This document shows positions 42,540 to 52,373 of a DNA stretch of 64,000 nt, piece after piece (within the stretch, counting starts at the first letter, position 1; every line of letters starts with the position of its first letter). The position numbers were made by a program, and so were the translations under genes. The notes under the pieces were generated by a model. It was not told the origin of the DNA. It was given only the letters and a program-made list of their open reading frames with translations, and did not search any database. The stretch spans positions 832,001 through 896,000 of the forward strand of contig CAVTRY010000011.1 in assembly GCA_963737265.1 (NCBI GenBank). Reading direction: 5' to 3'. Source of the DNA: an uncultured delta proteobacterium. Lineage in GTDB: Bacteria > Myxococcota_A > Polyangia > Fen-1088.

Positions 42540-43373
42540 CTATACGCCACTGAAGGCGGAGAAGCCTCCGTCGATCGGAACGACGACTCCGGTCACGAAC
42601 TGCGATGCGGGCGACAGCAGCCACAGCGTCGCGCCTACCAAATCCTCGGGACCGCCGAATCTAGCCATCGGCGTGTGATCGATGATCTTGTTGCCCCGCG
42701 GAGTCAGACCGCCGGTTGCCTTGTCTGTCAGGAGAAAGCGATTCTGGTCGGTGAGAAAGAATCCAGGCGCAATGGCGTTGACGCGGATGCTGGGCGAATA
42801 TTCCTGCGCCAGATGCACGGCCAGCCATTGGGTGAAATTGCTCACGGCCGCCTTGGCCGCCGAATAGGCCGGAATTCTCGTCAGCGGCCGAAAGGCGTTC
42901 ATCGACGAGATGTTCAGGATGACACCTTCCTTCTGCTTGGTCATGATCCGGCCGAAAACCTGACTGGGCAGAATCGTCCCTTGCAGGTTCAAGTTCGACA
43001 CGAATTGCAGCGCATCGGCCGGAATATCGAAAAAGCTCTGCTCGGGATTGGTCGTGGCCTTGGGGTTGTTTCCGCCCGCGCCGTTGACGAGCCCGTCGAT
43101 CTTGCCGTAGCCCGCGACGATCTCGTCCGCGGCCTTCTGAATCGCTGCCTTGTCCAGCACGTCGATGAAGATCGCCCTGTGTTTTCCCTTCGTGCCAGCG
43201 AGCGTGGCCAGCGTCTTTTCGGCCAGCCCCACGTCTCTGTCCAAGATGACCAGGTTCGCATGGCAACCCGCCAAAGCCCGGGCCATTTCACCGCACAGCA
43301 CGCCACCGCCGCCGGTGACGGCAATCGTCTTTCCGCTAAAATCGTAGGCGCTGAGAAAATTCCTAGAATCCAT
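42540..43373 (-). CDS. SDR oxidoreductase, D-mannonate oxidoreductase (UxuB-like)
   Basis: [42 protein letters not shown]. Confidence 0.8.
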   Translation of the reverse strand: MDSRNFLSAYDFSGKTIAVTGGGGVLCGEMARALAGCHANLVILDRDVGLAEKTLATLAGTKGKHRAIFIDVLDKAAIQKAADEIVAGYGKIDGLVNGAGGNNPKATTNPEQSFFDIPADALQFVSNLNLQGTILPSQVFGRIMTKQKEGVILNISSMNAFRPLTRIPAYSAAKAAVSNFTQWLAVHLAQEYSPSIRVNAIAPGFFLTDQNRFLLTDKATGGLTPRGNKIIDHTPMARFGGPEDLVGATLWLLSPASQFVTGVVVPIDGGFSAFSGV

Positions 43374-43410
43374 CGTTACTCCTGCTTGTCTTGCCGTCTG
43401 CCGGTCCGCA

Positions 43411-44670
43411 TTACACCGAGGTCCCAAGAAACAGCGGTTCGATGTGGCGCTTGAGAATATTGCTTGTCACGTGCGTCTCGATACTGTCGCGATTTGCCTT
43501 GAGGAGCCCGAGGTAGCGCGCTTGCTTCTCGGCCGCCAGGCGAAAACTGATGTGTACCATTTGGCGGAAGTGAATGTTGAAGCGCTTGCAAGCCTGGTTG
43601 TGTTCAAGCGTCTCGACGTACTCCTGGGCAGAAAATGCCTCGACCTTGTCTGGCACCGGAAGCGCCTGGCGGTCGATGGCGATGACCGCCAGATACGGTT
43701 TGGCCATTTCGTCGTAGCGGCCTAGAGCCTCGCGATAGAGCGCTTTGGCGAAAGCCAGCCCATCGCCGCCCGACGCCGCAAGGCCGATCACTTCTTCCAG
43801 CCAGGTCGTTCCCGCCGTCTTGAGGTGAAGCCCGGCATCCGCCTTCTTGATCGCCCGGTGCATGATTGGATAGAGAGAGAACTTGTCGCTGCCCGAATGG
43901 ATACTCAGCTTCAGCGATCCCGGCAGCCCGAAGGTCTTCTTGGCGAACGCCAGCACGGCCAGGTCTTCCTCGAACTCCCGCGCAAAATGCCCGCAGTCGC
44001 CCACGTAGTCGATCCCTTTCAGGAACTCGCCCGTGAACTTGGGCGCGACCGTAGCCACCGGAATGCCCTCGCGGGCGGTGGCGGCCAAGATGAAGAACAA
44101 CTCGGCCGGCGTCTGCGGCGTATTCGCTTCGTCGAACGACACCTCGGTCACGAAATTTCCCTCGCCCTTTTGCTTGGCGATATGGCGGTAAACGCGACCT
44201 GCCTCTTCGACGGCGAAGAGATACTTGGCCGCGATCTCCTTCAGCGACGCCGACGTGACGACCACCGGCTCGGCCACGCCCGAAATTCGCATCGCCCCCA
44301 CGAAACGCGCCATCTCGGCCACGTACTTGGCCATGGATTCGTCGCTGGCCGGCTTGCCGATGGCATCCGCGATGTCGATGGTGAAAAAATCGCTCACCCC
44401 GACGAACTTGTCCACGGTAGCAAGACCAATGTGGTCGGCGTCGACGAAGTAGGGATCCTGCCACTGGCAAGACTTCACGGCGCTGTCGGCCTCGGCACGC
44501 ACGTCTTCCGGTCGCGTCCCGATGAGGGAATGTTCGCGGTTGGATTTGTTCCACACCGGCGCGATCGTGATGCCCCTATCCTTGGCAACTTGAAACGCCC
44601 GCAGCTGCGCCGGCCCTTCGAGGCCGAACCTGTCGCCAATCCCCATCGAGTACTTTGAGATAGTCGTCAT
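43411..44670 (-). CDS. uxaE: Tagaturonate/fructuronate epimerase
   Basis: GIGDRFG, FVDADH, EVSFDE, KGIDY.GD, HSGSDKFS.Y, HLKTAGTTWLE. Confidence 0.88.
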   Translation of the reverse strand: MTTISKYSMGIGDRFGLEGPAQLRAFQVAKDRGITIAPVWNKSNREHSLIGTRPEDVRAEADSAVKSCQWQDPYFVDADHIGLATVDKFVGVSDFFTIDIADAIGKPASDESMAKYVAEMARFVGAMRISGVAEPVVVTSASLKEIAAKYLFAVEEAGRVYRHIAKQKGEGNFVTEVSFDEANTPQTPAELFFILAATAREGIPVATVAPKFTGEFLKGIDYVGDCGHFAREFEEDLAVLAFAKKTFGLPGSLKLSIHSGSDKFSLYPIMHRAIKKADAGLHLKTAGTTWLEEVIGLAASGGDGLAFAKALYREALGRYDEMAKPYLAVIAIDRQALPVPDKVEAFSAQEYVETLEHNQACKRFNIHFRQMVHISFRLAAEKQARYLGLLKANRDSIETHVTSNILKRHIEPLFLGTSV

Positions 44671-44917
44671 CTTTTGCGCCCGCAGTGAAAAACTGGAACA
44701 AATATGGCTCAGCTGTGTCGTGCGAGCCAGCCCATGCGAGGTTAGGTCTTTGGCACTCGCCCCGATTTGCGGAAGGCAGATTCCTCGCGCGGAACCTGTC
44801 GTGTCAAGTGCGAACGCATGAAGGTTTGCGATTGCGTTGCAGATGGTCGCACACCAGGTCGCCACGACGCGACATCCCCTTTCTTCCCAGAAAGCTATCA
44901 AGTAGCCTCACCACGCC

Positions 44918-46339
44918 ATGAAGCCCTTCCTCGACGACAACTTCTTGCTCGACAACAAGACGGCCGAGCGCCTGTTCCACGACTACGCCAAGGATCAGCC
45001 TATCATCGACTACCACTGCCACCTGCCACCCGACCAGATCGCGGCCAATCACCGATTTTCCACGCTTACGCAAATCTGGCTCAACGGCGACCACTACAAA
45101 TGGCGAGCCATGCGGTCGAACGGCGTATCCGAGCGCTATTGCACCGGCGATGCAAGCGACTGGGAAAAATTCGAGATGTGGGCCAGCACGGTGCCCTACA
45201 CCCTCCGCAATCCGCTCTACCATTGGACCCACCTCGAGCTGAGGAATCCTTTCGGTGTCACCGGCAAACTCCTCAACCCGGCCACCGCGCGTGAAATCTA
45301 CGACCACTGCAACCGCAAGCTTGCGCAAGATGATTTCACGACCCAGGGCTTGCTCAAGCATTTCGGCGTCCTGGTCGTCTGCTCAACCGACGATCCCGTG
45401 GACGCGCTGGACGCACACCAGAGACACGCGAAAAATGCCGACGCCACGACCCGGCTCCTGCCAACCTGGCGCCCCGACAAGGCCATGGCCTTGTCCGACC
45501 TTGCCGGATGGAATCTCTGGGTGGACGGGCTGCAGGCGGTCTCCGGCGTGGACATCGCATCGTTCGAAGACCTGCTGGTCGCGCTCGCCAAGCGGCAGGC
45601 TTTCTTTCACCAATTAGGCTGCCGCGTGAGCGACCACGGCCTTGACCAGATCTGGGCCGATCCATACACGCCCAAGCAGATCGACGCTATCTTCGCCAAG
45701 GCGCGGGCCAAGCAGCCGCTCTCGCCGGTCGAAGAAGCCCAGTTTCGTTCGGCCATGCTGTACGAGCTTGCCGTGATGGATCACGCGCGCGGCTGGACCC
45801 AGCAGTTCCACCTAGGGGCCATGCGCAACAACAGCACGCGAATGATGCGCAGCCTGGGGCCCGACACTGGCTTCGATTCCATCGGCGACTACCCGCAGGC
45901 GTTTGCCCTCGGGCGCCTGCTCGACCGCTTGGATTCCACCAACCAGCTATGCAAGACCATCCTTTACAATCTCAATCCCGCCGACAACGAAGTCATCGCC
46001 ACGATGCTGGGCAACTTCCAAGACGGATCGTTCCCAGGCAAAATCCAGCTCGGCTCGGCATGGTGGTTCATGGATCAGAAGGACGGAATGGAACGCCAAT
46101 TGAATGCCCTCTCCGCTCTTGGCCTACTTTCTCGCTTTGTCGGCATGCTGACCGACTCGCGAAGCTTTCTCTCGTACTCGCGCCACGAGTACTTCCGCCG
46201 CTTGCTATGCAACCTTCTCGGCCAGGACGTGGAGAACGGACTCATTCCCCACGACTTGGAATTGGTGGGCAACATGGTGCGCGACATCTGCTTCCGCAAT
46301 GCCCGTGCCTATTTCGGCTTTTTCGCCGAAACCACGTAG
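44918..46339 (+). CDS. uxaC: Uronate isomerase
   Basis: IIDYHCHL, GDHYKWRAMR, NPLYHWTHLEL, WWF.DQ, GMLTDSRSFLSY.RHEYFRR. Confidence 0.95.
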   Translation: MKPFLDDNFLLDNKTAERLFHDYAKDQPIIDYHCHLPPDQIAANHRFSTLTQIWLNGDHYKWRAMRSNGVSERYCTGDASDWEKFEMWASTVPYTLRNPLYHWTHLELRNPFGVTGKLLNPATAREIYDHCNRKLAQDDFTTQGLLKHFGVLVVCSTDDPVDALDAHQRHAKNADATTRLLPTWRPDKAMALSDLAGWNLWVDGLQAVSGVDIASFEDLLVALAKRQAFFHQLGCRVSDHGLDQIWADPYTPKQIDAIFAKARAKQPLSPVEEAQFRSAMLYELAVMDHARGWTQQFHLGAMRNNSTRMMRSLGPDTGFDSIGDYPQAFALGRLLDRLDSTNQLCKTILYNLNPADNEVIATMLGNFQDGSFPGKIQLGSAWWFMDQKDGMERQLNALSALGLLSRFVGMLTDSRSFLSYSRHEYFRRLLCNLLGQDVENGLIPHDLELVGNMVRDICFRNARAYFGFFAETT

Positions 46340-46416
46340 GCTAGCTCGACTCGCCCTTTGTGGATTTTCTGTAAGGTTGAAGGACGTCACGCTACCGGTC
46401 GACGTTGTCCCCGATC

Positions 46417-46806
46417 ATGCGCAAATTGCCGCCCCCCGTCTCTGTGCCCGAGAAAGACTCGCGCGGAGCCAGGTCCGACAAGGCCCCCGAGCTGGGTGCG
46501 GAGGAGTCGCTTGCCCTTGCCGATTTGTACGGTCTCTGCTTGGGTTCCGTGCGCCTGCAGCCCATCCCAGGGCCCCCTGGACGGCTTCAATTGCAGCTGC
46601 GAGGCTGGGACCTGGATCTGCCATATTCGGTCCCAGGGTTGGGGATATGCATGCCGTGTCCGAGCGCCGACGCCGCGCCAGATCAATCGACGGCCGAGCT
46701 TCCGCTCGGCACTGGCCTCGTCGACGGCGGCACGGACGACGGGCGATCCCCTGAGTCGGCTCCCGCACCGATTCGATTCTTTCAGGGCGCTCATCACAAA
46801 TGGTAG
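46417..46806 (+). CDS. Hypothetical protein
   Basis: ORF fills the gap between uxaC and alaS on the same strand; no recognised motif. Confidence 0.3.
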   Translation: MRKLPPPVSVPEKDSRGARSDKAPELGAEESLALADLYGLCLGSVRLQPIPGPPGRLQLQLRGWDLDLPYSVPGLGICMPCPSADAAPDQSTAELPLGTGLVDGGTDDGRSPESAPAPIRFFQGAHHKW

Positions 46807-46818
46807 TCTCCGCGCCCA

Positions 46819-49500
46819 ATGTCTGACCGAGCATCGAAGAAAATTCGCCGCGCATTTCTCGATTACTTCGTAGGCAAGGGCCACGAAGAAATCGCCAGCT
46901 CGTCGCTGGTTCCCGCCAACGATCCGACGCTGATGTTCGCCAATGCGGGCATGAACCAGTTCAAAGACGTCTTCACCGGCAAGACGAGGCGCACGATCCC
47001 GCGCGCCACCAGCGCGCAAAAATGCGTCCGGGCCGGCGGCAAGCACAACGACCTGGAAAACGTGGGCCGCACGGCGCGCCACCACACGTTTTTCGAGATG
47101 CTCGGCAACTTTTCCTTCGGCGACTACTTCAAGGCCGACGCCATCGCCTTCGCACACGAGCTCTTGGCCAAGAACCTCGGCATCGATCAGCGCCGCCTGG
47201 TCTACACCGTCCACCACACCGACGACGAGGCGCGCGCGCTGTGGAAGAAGGTCACAGGCGTCGAGGATTCGCGCGTCGTGGGCCTGGGCGACAAGGACAA
47301 CTTCTGGGCCATGGGCGAAACCGGTCCGTGCGGCCCGTGCAGCGAAATCCATTTCCACCAAGGCGACGACATTCCCTGCCCCGAAGTGACGGCGGGCAAT
47401 GCCTGTCAGGGGCCGGCGTGCGACTGCGACCGCTGGATCGAAATCTGGAACCTGGTCTTCATGCAGTTCGAGCAGCTGCCCGATCGCACGCGGCGGCCAC
47501 TGCCCAAGCCCTCGGTCGACACCGGCATGGGTCTCGAACGCCTGTGTGCCGTCATCGGCGGCTTCCGCTCGAACTACGAAACCGATCTCTTGCGCCCGCT
47601 CATCGCCGAGGTCGAAACCTTGACCGGTAAGTCCTTCGCTCCCGCCGACTACACGCCGGGATCGACAGCCGTCTCCATGCGCGCCATCGCGGATCACGCG
47701 CGCTCGGCGGCCTTCCTCATCGCCGACGGCGTCTTTCCCGAAAAAACCGGGCGCGAATACGTCCTGCGCCGGATCATGAGGCGCGCCATCTACCACGGCT
47801 GGCTGCTCGGCATCGACAAACCCTTCTTGGCCGGACTCACCGGTCGCGTGATCGAGGAGCTCGGCGATGCCTATGCCGAGCTCGTCGAACGCCGCAACCT
47901 CATCCTCGAAGTCACCGACCTCGAAGAGAGGCGCTTTCGTGAAACCCTCGAACGCGGCATGCGCATTCTCGACGAGGAAGCCGGAAAGCTCACTGGCAAA
48001 GTCATTCCCGGCGCGATCGCCTTCAAGCTCTACGACACCTTCGGCTTTCCCATGGATCTCACGCGCGTGATCGCCACCGGCCGCGGGCTGGACGTGGACG
48101 AGGCCGGTTTCGAAGAGGCCATGGCGGAACAGCGTAAGCGCGCTGACTTCACGGGCTCGGGCGAAGTAGCCGTCGACGCCATCTTCCAGACCATCTTGAG
48201 CCGCGTGGGCGCCACCCAATTCCTGGGTTACGCAGCAACGCGAACAAGCAGTGAAATCGTAGCGCTGGTGGCGGACGGCAAGGAAGTCGAGAGCGTCGCC
48301 GCCGGGCACCACGGCAGCGTGGCCGTGATCTGTCGTGCAACGCCCTTCTACGGCGAGCAAGGCGGCCAGGTCGGCGACCAAGGCACGGGCAAAGGGCCGC
48401 GAGGCGCCTTCAAGGTCAACGACACCAAACGACCGCTCTCCACGCTCTACGTGCACATCGGAGAAGTCACTCAGGGTAGCCTCGCGCTGGGCGACGCCCT
48501 CGATTTGGAAATCGACGTCGAGCGCCGCGACGCCATTCGCCGCAATCACTCGGCCACGCACCTTTTACATTGGGCACTGCGCACCGTGCTCGGCGCCCAC
48601 GTCGCCCAAAAAGGATCCTTGGTCACTCCCGATCGCCTGCGTTTCGACTTCTCTCACCTGGCGCCCATGTCGCTGGAAGAGCGGCGACGGGTGGAAGATC
48701 TCGCCAACCAGCGCGTCCTGCGCAACTTGCCGGTGGAAACCGCGGTGTTACCCATCGCCGAAGCCAAGCAGGCCGGTGCAGTCGCCTTTTTCGGCGAGAA
48801 GTACGGTGACACGGTTCGCGTGCTGACCATGGGCGAATCCAAGGAGTTCTGCGGCGGCACGCATGCCAGCCGCACCGGCGACATTGGACTCATCAAGATC
48901 GTCGAGGAATCGGGCGTCGCTCAAGGAGTGCGCCGCATGGAGGCCGTGACGGGTACGGGCGCCGTGGAATACGTGCGCCGGCTTGAAGACGAGCTGGGCC
49001 AGGCCGCGGAGGCGTTCCGGTCGAGTCCGCTCGACGTCGCGAACCGCGTCGCCAGGCAGGCCGCCGAGCTGCGTGAGCGCGAGAAGGAAATCGCCAAGCT
49101 CAAGGGCCAAATCGCCTCGGGTGGCTCACGCGACCCGCTGGCGAGCCGAGAACAAGTCGGTCCCTTCTTTCTACTCGTGCACGACGTGGGCGTTGCGGAT
49201 CCCAAGATCATTCGCGAAAGCGCGGACAAGCTGCGTCCGCGCATGGATCCCGGCGTGCTGGTCCTGACCGGTGCTGCCGACGGCAAGGTGGCAATCGTCT
49301 GCGCGGTCACGCCCGGCGCGCAAGCCAAGCTACAAGCCGGCGCCATCGTCGCGATGTTGGCCAAGGATTTGGGCGGCAAGGGTGGCGGGCGCGCCGACAT
49401 GGCCCAAGGTGGCGGCGCCCTGCCCGCCGGCAGCTCCCTGGCCGACGTCATCGAACGATGGACCGGCAAGCTGCGCGAGCATCTGGCCGCCGCCAAGTGA
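46819..49500 (+). CDS. alaS: Alanine--tRNA ligase
   Basis: FANAGMNQFK, RHHTFFEMLGNFSFGDYFK, HSATHLLH, EFCGGTH, GGKGGG. Confidence 0.97.
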   Translation: MSDRASKKIRRAFLDYFVGKGHEEIASSSLVPANDPTLMFANAGMNQFKDVFTGKTRRTIPRATSAQKCVRAGGKHNDLENVGRTARHHTFFEMLGNFSFGDYFKADAIAFAHELLAKNLGIDQRRLVYTVHHTDDEARALWKKVTGVEDSRVVGLGDKDNFWAMGETGPCGPCSEIHFHQGDDIPCPEVTAGNACQGPACDCDRWIEIWNLVFMQFEQLPDRTRRPLPKPSVDTGMGLERLCAVIGGFRSNYETDLLRPLIAEVETLTGKSFAPADYTPGSTAVSMRAIADHARSAAFLIADGVFPEKTGREYVLRRIMRRAIYHGWLLGIDKPFLAGLTGRVIEELGDAYAELVERRNLILEVTDLEERRFRETLERGMRILDEEAGKLTGKVIPGAIAFKLYDTFGFPMDLTRVIATGRGLDVDEAGFEEAMAEQRKRADFTGSGEVAVDAIFQTILSRVGATQFLGYAATRTSSEIVALVADGKEVESVAAGHHGSVAVICRATPFYGEQGGQVGDQGTGKGPRGAFKVNDTKRPLSTLYVHIGEVTQGSLALGDALDLEIDVERRDAIRRNHSATHLLHWALRTVLGAHVAQKGSLVTPDRLRFDFSHLAPMSLEERRRVEDLANQRVLRNLPVETAVLPIAEAKQAGAVAFFGEKYGDTVRVLTMGESKEFCGGTHASRTGDIGLIKIVEESGVAQGVRRMEAVTGTGAVEYVRRLEDELGQAAEAFRSSPLDVANRVARQAAELREREKEIAKLKGQIASGGSRDPLASREQVGPFFLLVHDVGVADPKIIRESADKLRPRMDPGVLVLTGAADGKVAIVCAVTPGAQAKLQAGAIVAMLAKDLGGKGGGRADMAQGGGALPAGSSLADVIERWTGKLREHLAAAK

Positions 49501-49557
49501 TGCCGACCCATCCCGTGCTTCGCCATCCCGCGCGCATCCTCCGATAACCGGCTTACG

Positions 49558-50394
49558 ATGTTCGATCCGGCCGTCAAAGCATCGCTCGCCGCCGTAGCCC
49601 AAGCCATGCGGCAGAAGATCCCCGATCCGGCTGCCCTGCCCGACTTCGGTTTCGACCCCGAGTTCCTAAAGAAGACCGCCCCGCTCCTCGAATTTCTTTG
49701 GTCTAGGTATTTCCGTGTCAGCCTGACCGGCATGGAACATGTTCCGCCGACCGGCTCGGCGCTGCTGGTGGCCAATCATTCGGGCGGCCTGCCCTACGAC
49801 GGTGCGATGCTGATGCACGCCACGCACCGCTACCATCCGGCGGCGCGGCCTTTGCGGCCACTGGTCGCCAACTTCGCCTTTAAGTCGTCGTGGATACGGC
49901 CGGTGGTGGCCCGCGCAGGTGGCGTGCGGGCATCGATGCAGAATGCCTTGACCCTCTGCAACCAGGGCCAGCTTGTCGGAGCGTTCCCCGAAGGCTTGCG
50001 CGGGGTGGGCAAGCTTTACCGCGAGCGCTATCGCCTGACGCATTTTGGCCGCGGTGGCTTTGTGCGCCTCGCGCGCGCGGCCAACGTCCCAATCATTCCC
50101 GTCGCCATCGTGGGCGCGGAAGAAACCCACCCCGTGCTGGCGAAACTGACACGCCTGGCGCAGCCGCTCGGCCTGCCCTACATCCCAATTACACCGACCT
50201 TCCCTTTGCTTGGACCGCTCGGTCTGCTGCCCGTCCCGACCAAGTGGAGCATCAGGATAGGCGAGCCGATGCAGATTCCGCCGTCTGGGGATCCCAAGCA
50301 AGACATGCTGGAGGTAGCCGAAGCTGTTCGCAGCAGGCTGGACCACATGATAGCCGAGCTCCTCGTTGCGCGACGCTCGATTATTTTCGGCTGA
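49558..50394 (+). CDS. Lysophospholipid/glycerol acyltransferase
   Basis: NHSGGLPYD (HX4-5D) and FPEG motifs. Confidence 0.85.
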   Translation: MFDPAVKASLAAVAQAMRQKIPDPAALPDFGFDPEFLKKTAPLLEFLWSRYFRVSLTGMEHVPPTGSALLVANHSGGLPYDGAMLMHATHRYHPAARPLRPLVANFAFKSSWIRPVVARAGGVRASMQNALTLCNQGQLVGAFPEGLRGVGKLYRERYRLTHFGRGGFVRLARAANVPIIPVAIVGAEETHPVLAKLTRLAQPLGLPYIPITPTFPLLGPLGLLPVPTKWSIRIGEPMQIPPSGDPKQDMLEVAEAVRSRLDHMIAELLVARRSIIFG

Positions 50395-50545
50395 GCCAGT
50401 CTTTTCGCAACGTTTTCTCGGATGGTTTTGCCTCGCCGCCGTTGTCTAATTCATGACGAACCTGGGAAAAAGTGAAAGAAGCCTGCGGCTTGACGGGCTG
50501 TCCGAATTGTCAGAAGCTATCGCCATACTTCCCTAAGCGAACAGC

Positions 50546-52207
50546 GTGGTTGTTTCAGCTACAGGTCCAATGATTGCGGTCGGCCAAACGATCGGTAACT
50601 ACAACATTACCGCCAAGCTTGGTGAAGGAGGCATGGGTGTCGTCTATCTGGCGGAGCATCCGGTCATCGGCCGCAAGGTTGCCCTCAAGGCGATCCATCC
50701 CGAGCTTTCGCGCAATCCCGAGGTCGTCTCGCGCTTCGTAACCGAGGCCAAGTCGGTCAACCAGATCGGCAACGAGCACATCGTGGATATCCACGATTTC
50801 GGCAATACCTCCGACGGCGAATTCTACTTCATCATGGAGTTTCTCCAGGGCGAGGCACTCTCGGATCGCTTGAAACGCAGCGCGCCGCTCGACGTCAGAC
50901 GCGCCCTTGCAATCGCGGTGCAGGTGACGGATGCCCTCGGCGCCTCGCACCAGCACGGCATTATCCACCGCGATCTCAAGCCCGAGAATATCTATCTCAT
51001 CACCAAGGGTCACGTCCCCGACTTCGTGAAGGTGCTCGACTTCGGTCTGGCCAAGCTGACCATGGGCGACGACAAGGTCAGCCACAAGACACGCACGGGT
51101 TCGGTGATGGGAACGCCGTACTACATGGCGCCCGAACAGTGCGAAGGCAAGGCCAACATCGATCACCGCGCCGACATCTACTCGCTCGGTGTCATTCTGT
51201 TTGAAATGCTGACCGGGAAAGTCCCCTTCGGCGGCGAGGGCTATGGCGAAATCATCGTCAAGCACATCACCAGCGCCGTCCCCTCTCCGCGCGCCATCAA
51301 CCCCCTCCTTCCGCATTCCCTCGAAGCTATTACCCTACGCGCGCTGGCCAAGTCGCGCGAACAGCGCTTCCAGACCATGGAAGAATTCGCCACGGCGCTG
51401 CTGGACCCCGAAAGGTACGCGGCGTCCGCTCCCCATCTCAACGCCACCGTCCTGTCCGTTCCGGCTAGCCAACTCATGGATGTGGCGGAAGCAGACCTGC
51501 CCGACGGTGCGGCCAGTGGGGCGAGCGGTCAGGTCGGGCGCCGCAATCCGGGAGGCACGCTGGCGGGGAACCACAGCCAGGACGTGGGCGCCCACCCTTC
51601 CCCGATGCCATCCACGTTTCGCCGTGCAACCGGCGAGATAGTAGGCGCCGACGATCTTGACGTTGCGGCCAAGCCGCGCCGAACGGGGCTCGTCGCCGCG
51701 ATCGTGGGTGCCGCGGTGATAGCCGGGCTGGCGGCGTACTATTTCACCCAGAAGCCACCGACCTCGACGAGCCCGCCGTCCCAGCCAATCGCCGCCACCG
51801 TTCCTTCGGTCGCGCCGGCGCCAAAAATGGTGAAGCTGAATTTCAAATCCGACCCCTCCGGAGCGGCCGTTCGGCGTCAAGACACAAACGAGCAAATCGG
51901 AATTACGCCGTTCGATGAAGAGCTTCCAACCGGCCAAACCGCCATCGTTTTCCTGTTCAGGAAAGAAAACTTTCGCGACAGGGCTGAATCCTACGTCCCC
52001 ACCCAATCGGGACAACTGGAGGTTGCTCTTCTACCCAATCCGCCGTCGCCTGCGGCGGAGCCGGCTGCGCCGCGAGTTGAAACGAAGCCGTCCTCAAGAT
52101 CCCCGGCCGCCCGGACTAGCGGAGACGGGCGCCACAAGGCGGGCGCTGGCCGTGGCCACCACACTCGAGCGATGGACGAAGACGGCGTCCTACCGCCATC
52201 GTTCTAG
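50546..52207 (+). CDS. Membrane Ser/Thr protein kinase with extracytoplasmic PEGA-like domain (start may be ATG 50570)
   Basis: GEGGMG, HRDLKPEN, DFG, GTPYYMAPE; TM helix; SDPSGAAV...GITP. Confidence 0.9.
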   Translation: MVVSATGPMIAVGQTIGNYNITAKLGEGGMGVVYLAEHPVIGRKVALKAIHPELSRNPEVVSRFVTEAKSVNQIGNEHIVDIHDFGNTSDGEFYFIMEFLQGEALSDRLKRSAPLDVRRALAIAVQVTDALGASHQHGIIHRDLKPENIYLITKGHVPDFVKVLDFGLAKLTMGDDKVSHKTRTGSVMGTPYYMAPEQCEGKANIDHRADIYSLGVILFEMLTGKVPFGGEGYGEIIVKHITSAVPSPRAINPLLPHSLEAITLRALAKSREQRFQTMEEFATALLDPERYAASAPHLNATVLSVPASQLMDVAEADLPDGAASGASGQVGRRNPGGTLAGNHSQDVGAHPSPMPSTFRRATGEIVGADDLDVAAKPRRTGLVAAIVGAAVIAGLAAYYFTQKPPTSTSPPSQPIAATVPSVAPAPKMVKLNFKSDPSGAAVRRQDTNEQIGITPFDEELPTGQTAIVFLFRKENFRDRAESYVPTQSGQLEVALLPNPPSPAAEPAAPRVETKPSSRSPAARTSGDGRHKAGAGRGHHTRAMDEDGVLPPSF

Positions 52208-52242
52208 CCATCCGACGCGCCCGCTATCTTGCATTTGTGCCA

Positions 52243-52271
52243 TTGACAGCAGCCGGGTTTGCGATTATCTG
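52243..52271 (+). promoter_or_regulatory. Probable sigma70 promoter of tRNA-Val
   Basis: TTGACA-N17-TATCTG ending 12 bp before the tRNA. Confidence 0.5.
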
Positions 52272-52283
52272 CAAGGGACCCTT

Positions 52284-52355
52284 GGGCGTTTAACTCAGCG
52301 GAAGAGTGCCACCTTCACACGGTGGAAGCCGCAGGTTCAATCCCTGCAACGCCCA
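52284..52355 (+). tRNA. tRNA-Val(CAC); probable integration site
   Basis: GGGCGTT acceptor stem, anticodon arm CCACC-TTCACAC-GGTGG, T-loop TTCAATC; integrase stop 18 bp downstream. Confidence 0.93.
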
Positions 52356-52373
52356 CAAGCTAAGTTACTGGAA

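Noticed and set aside
46387-48561. 724-aa minus-strand ORF (and similar long antisense ORFs at 7350-8882, 11688-13055 and 33831-35063)
   Set aside because: Shadow ORFs opposite well-supported genes (alaS, fabF/acpP, mlaD, polyferredoxin), as expected in high-GC DNA; no motifs.
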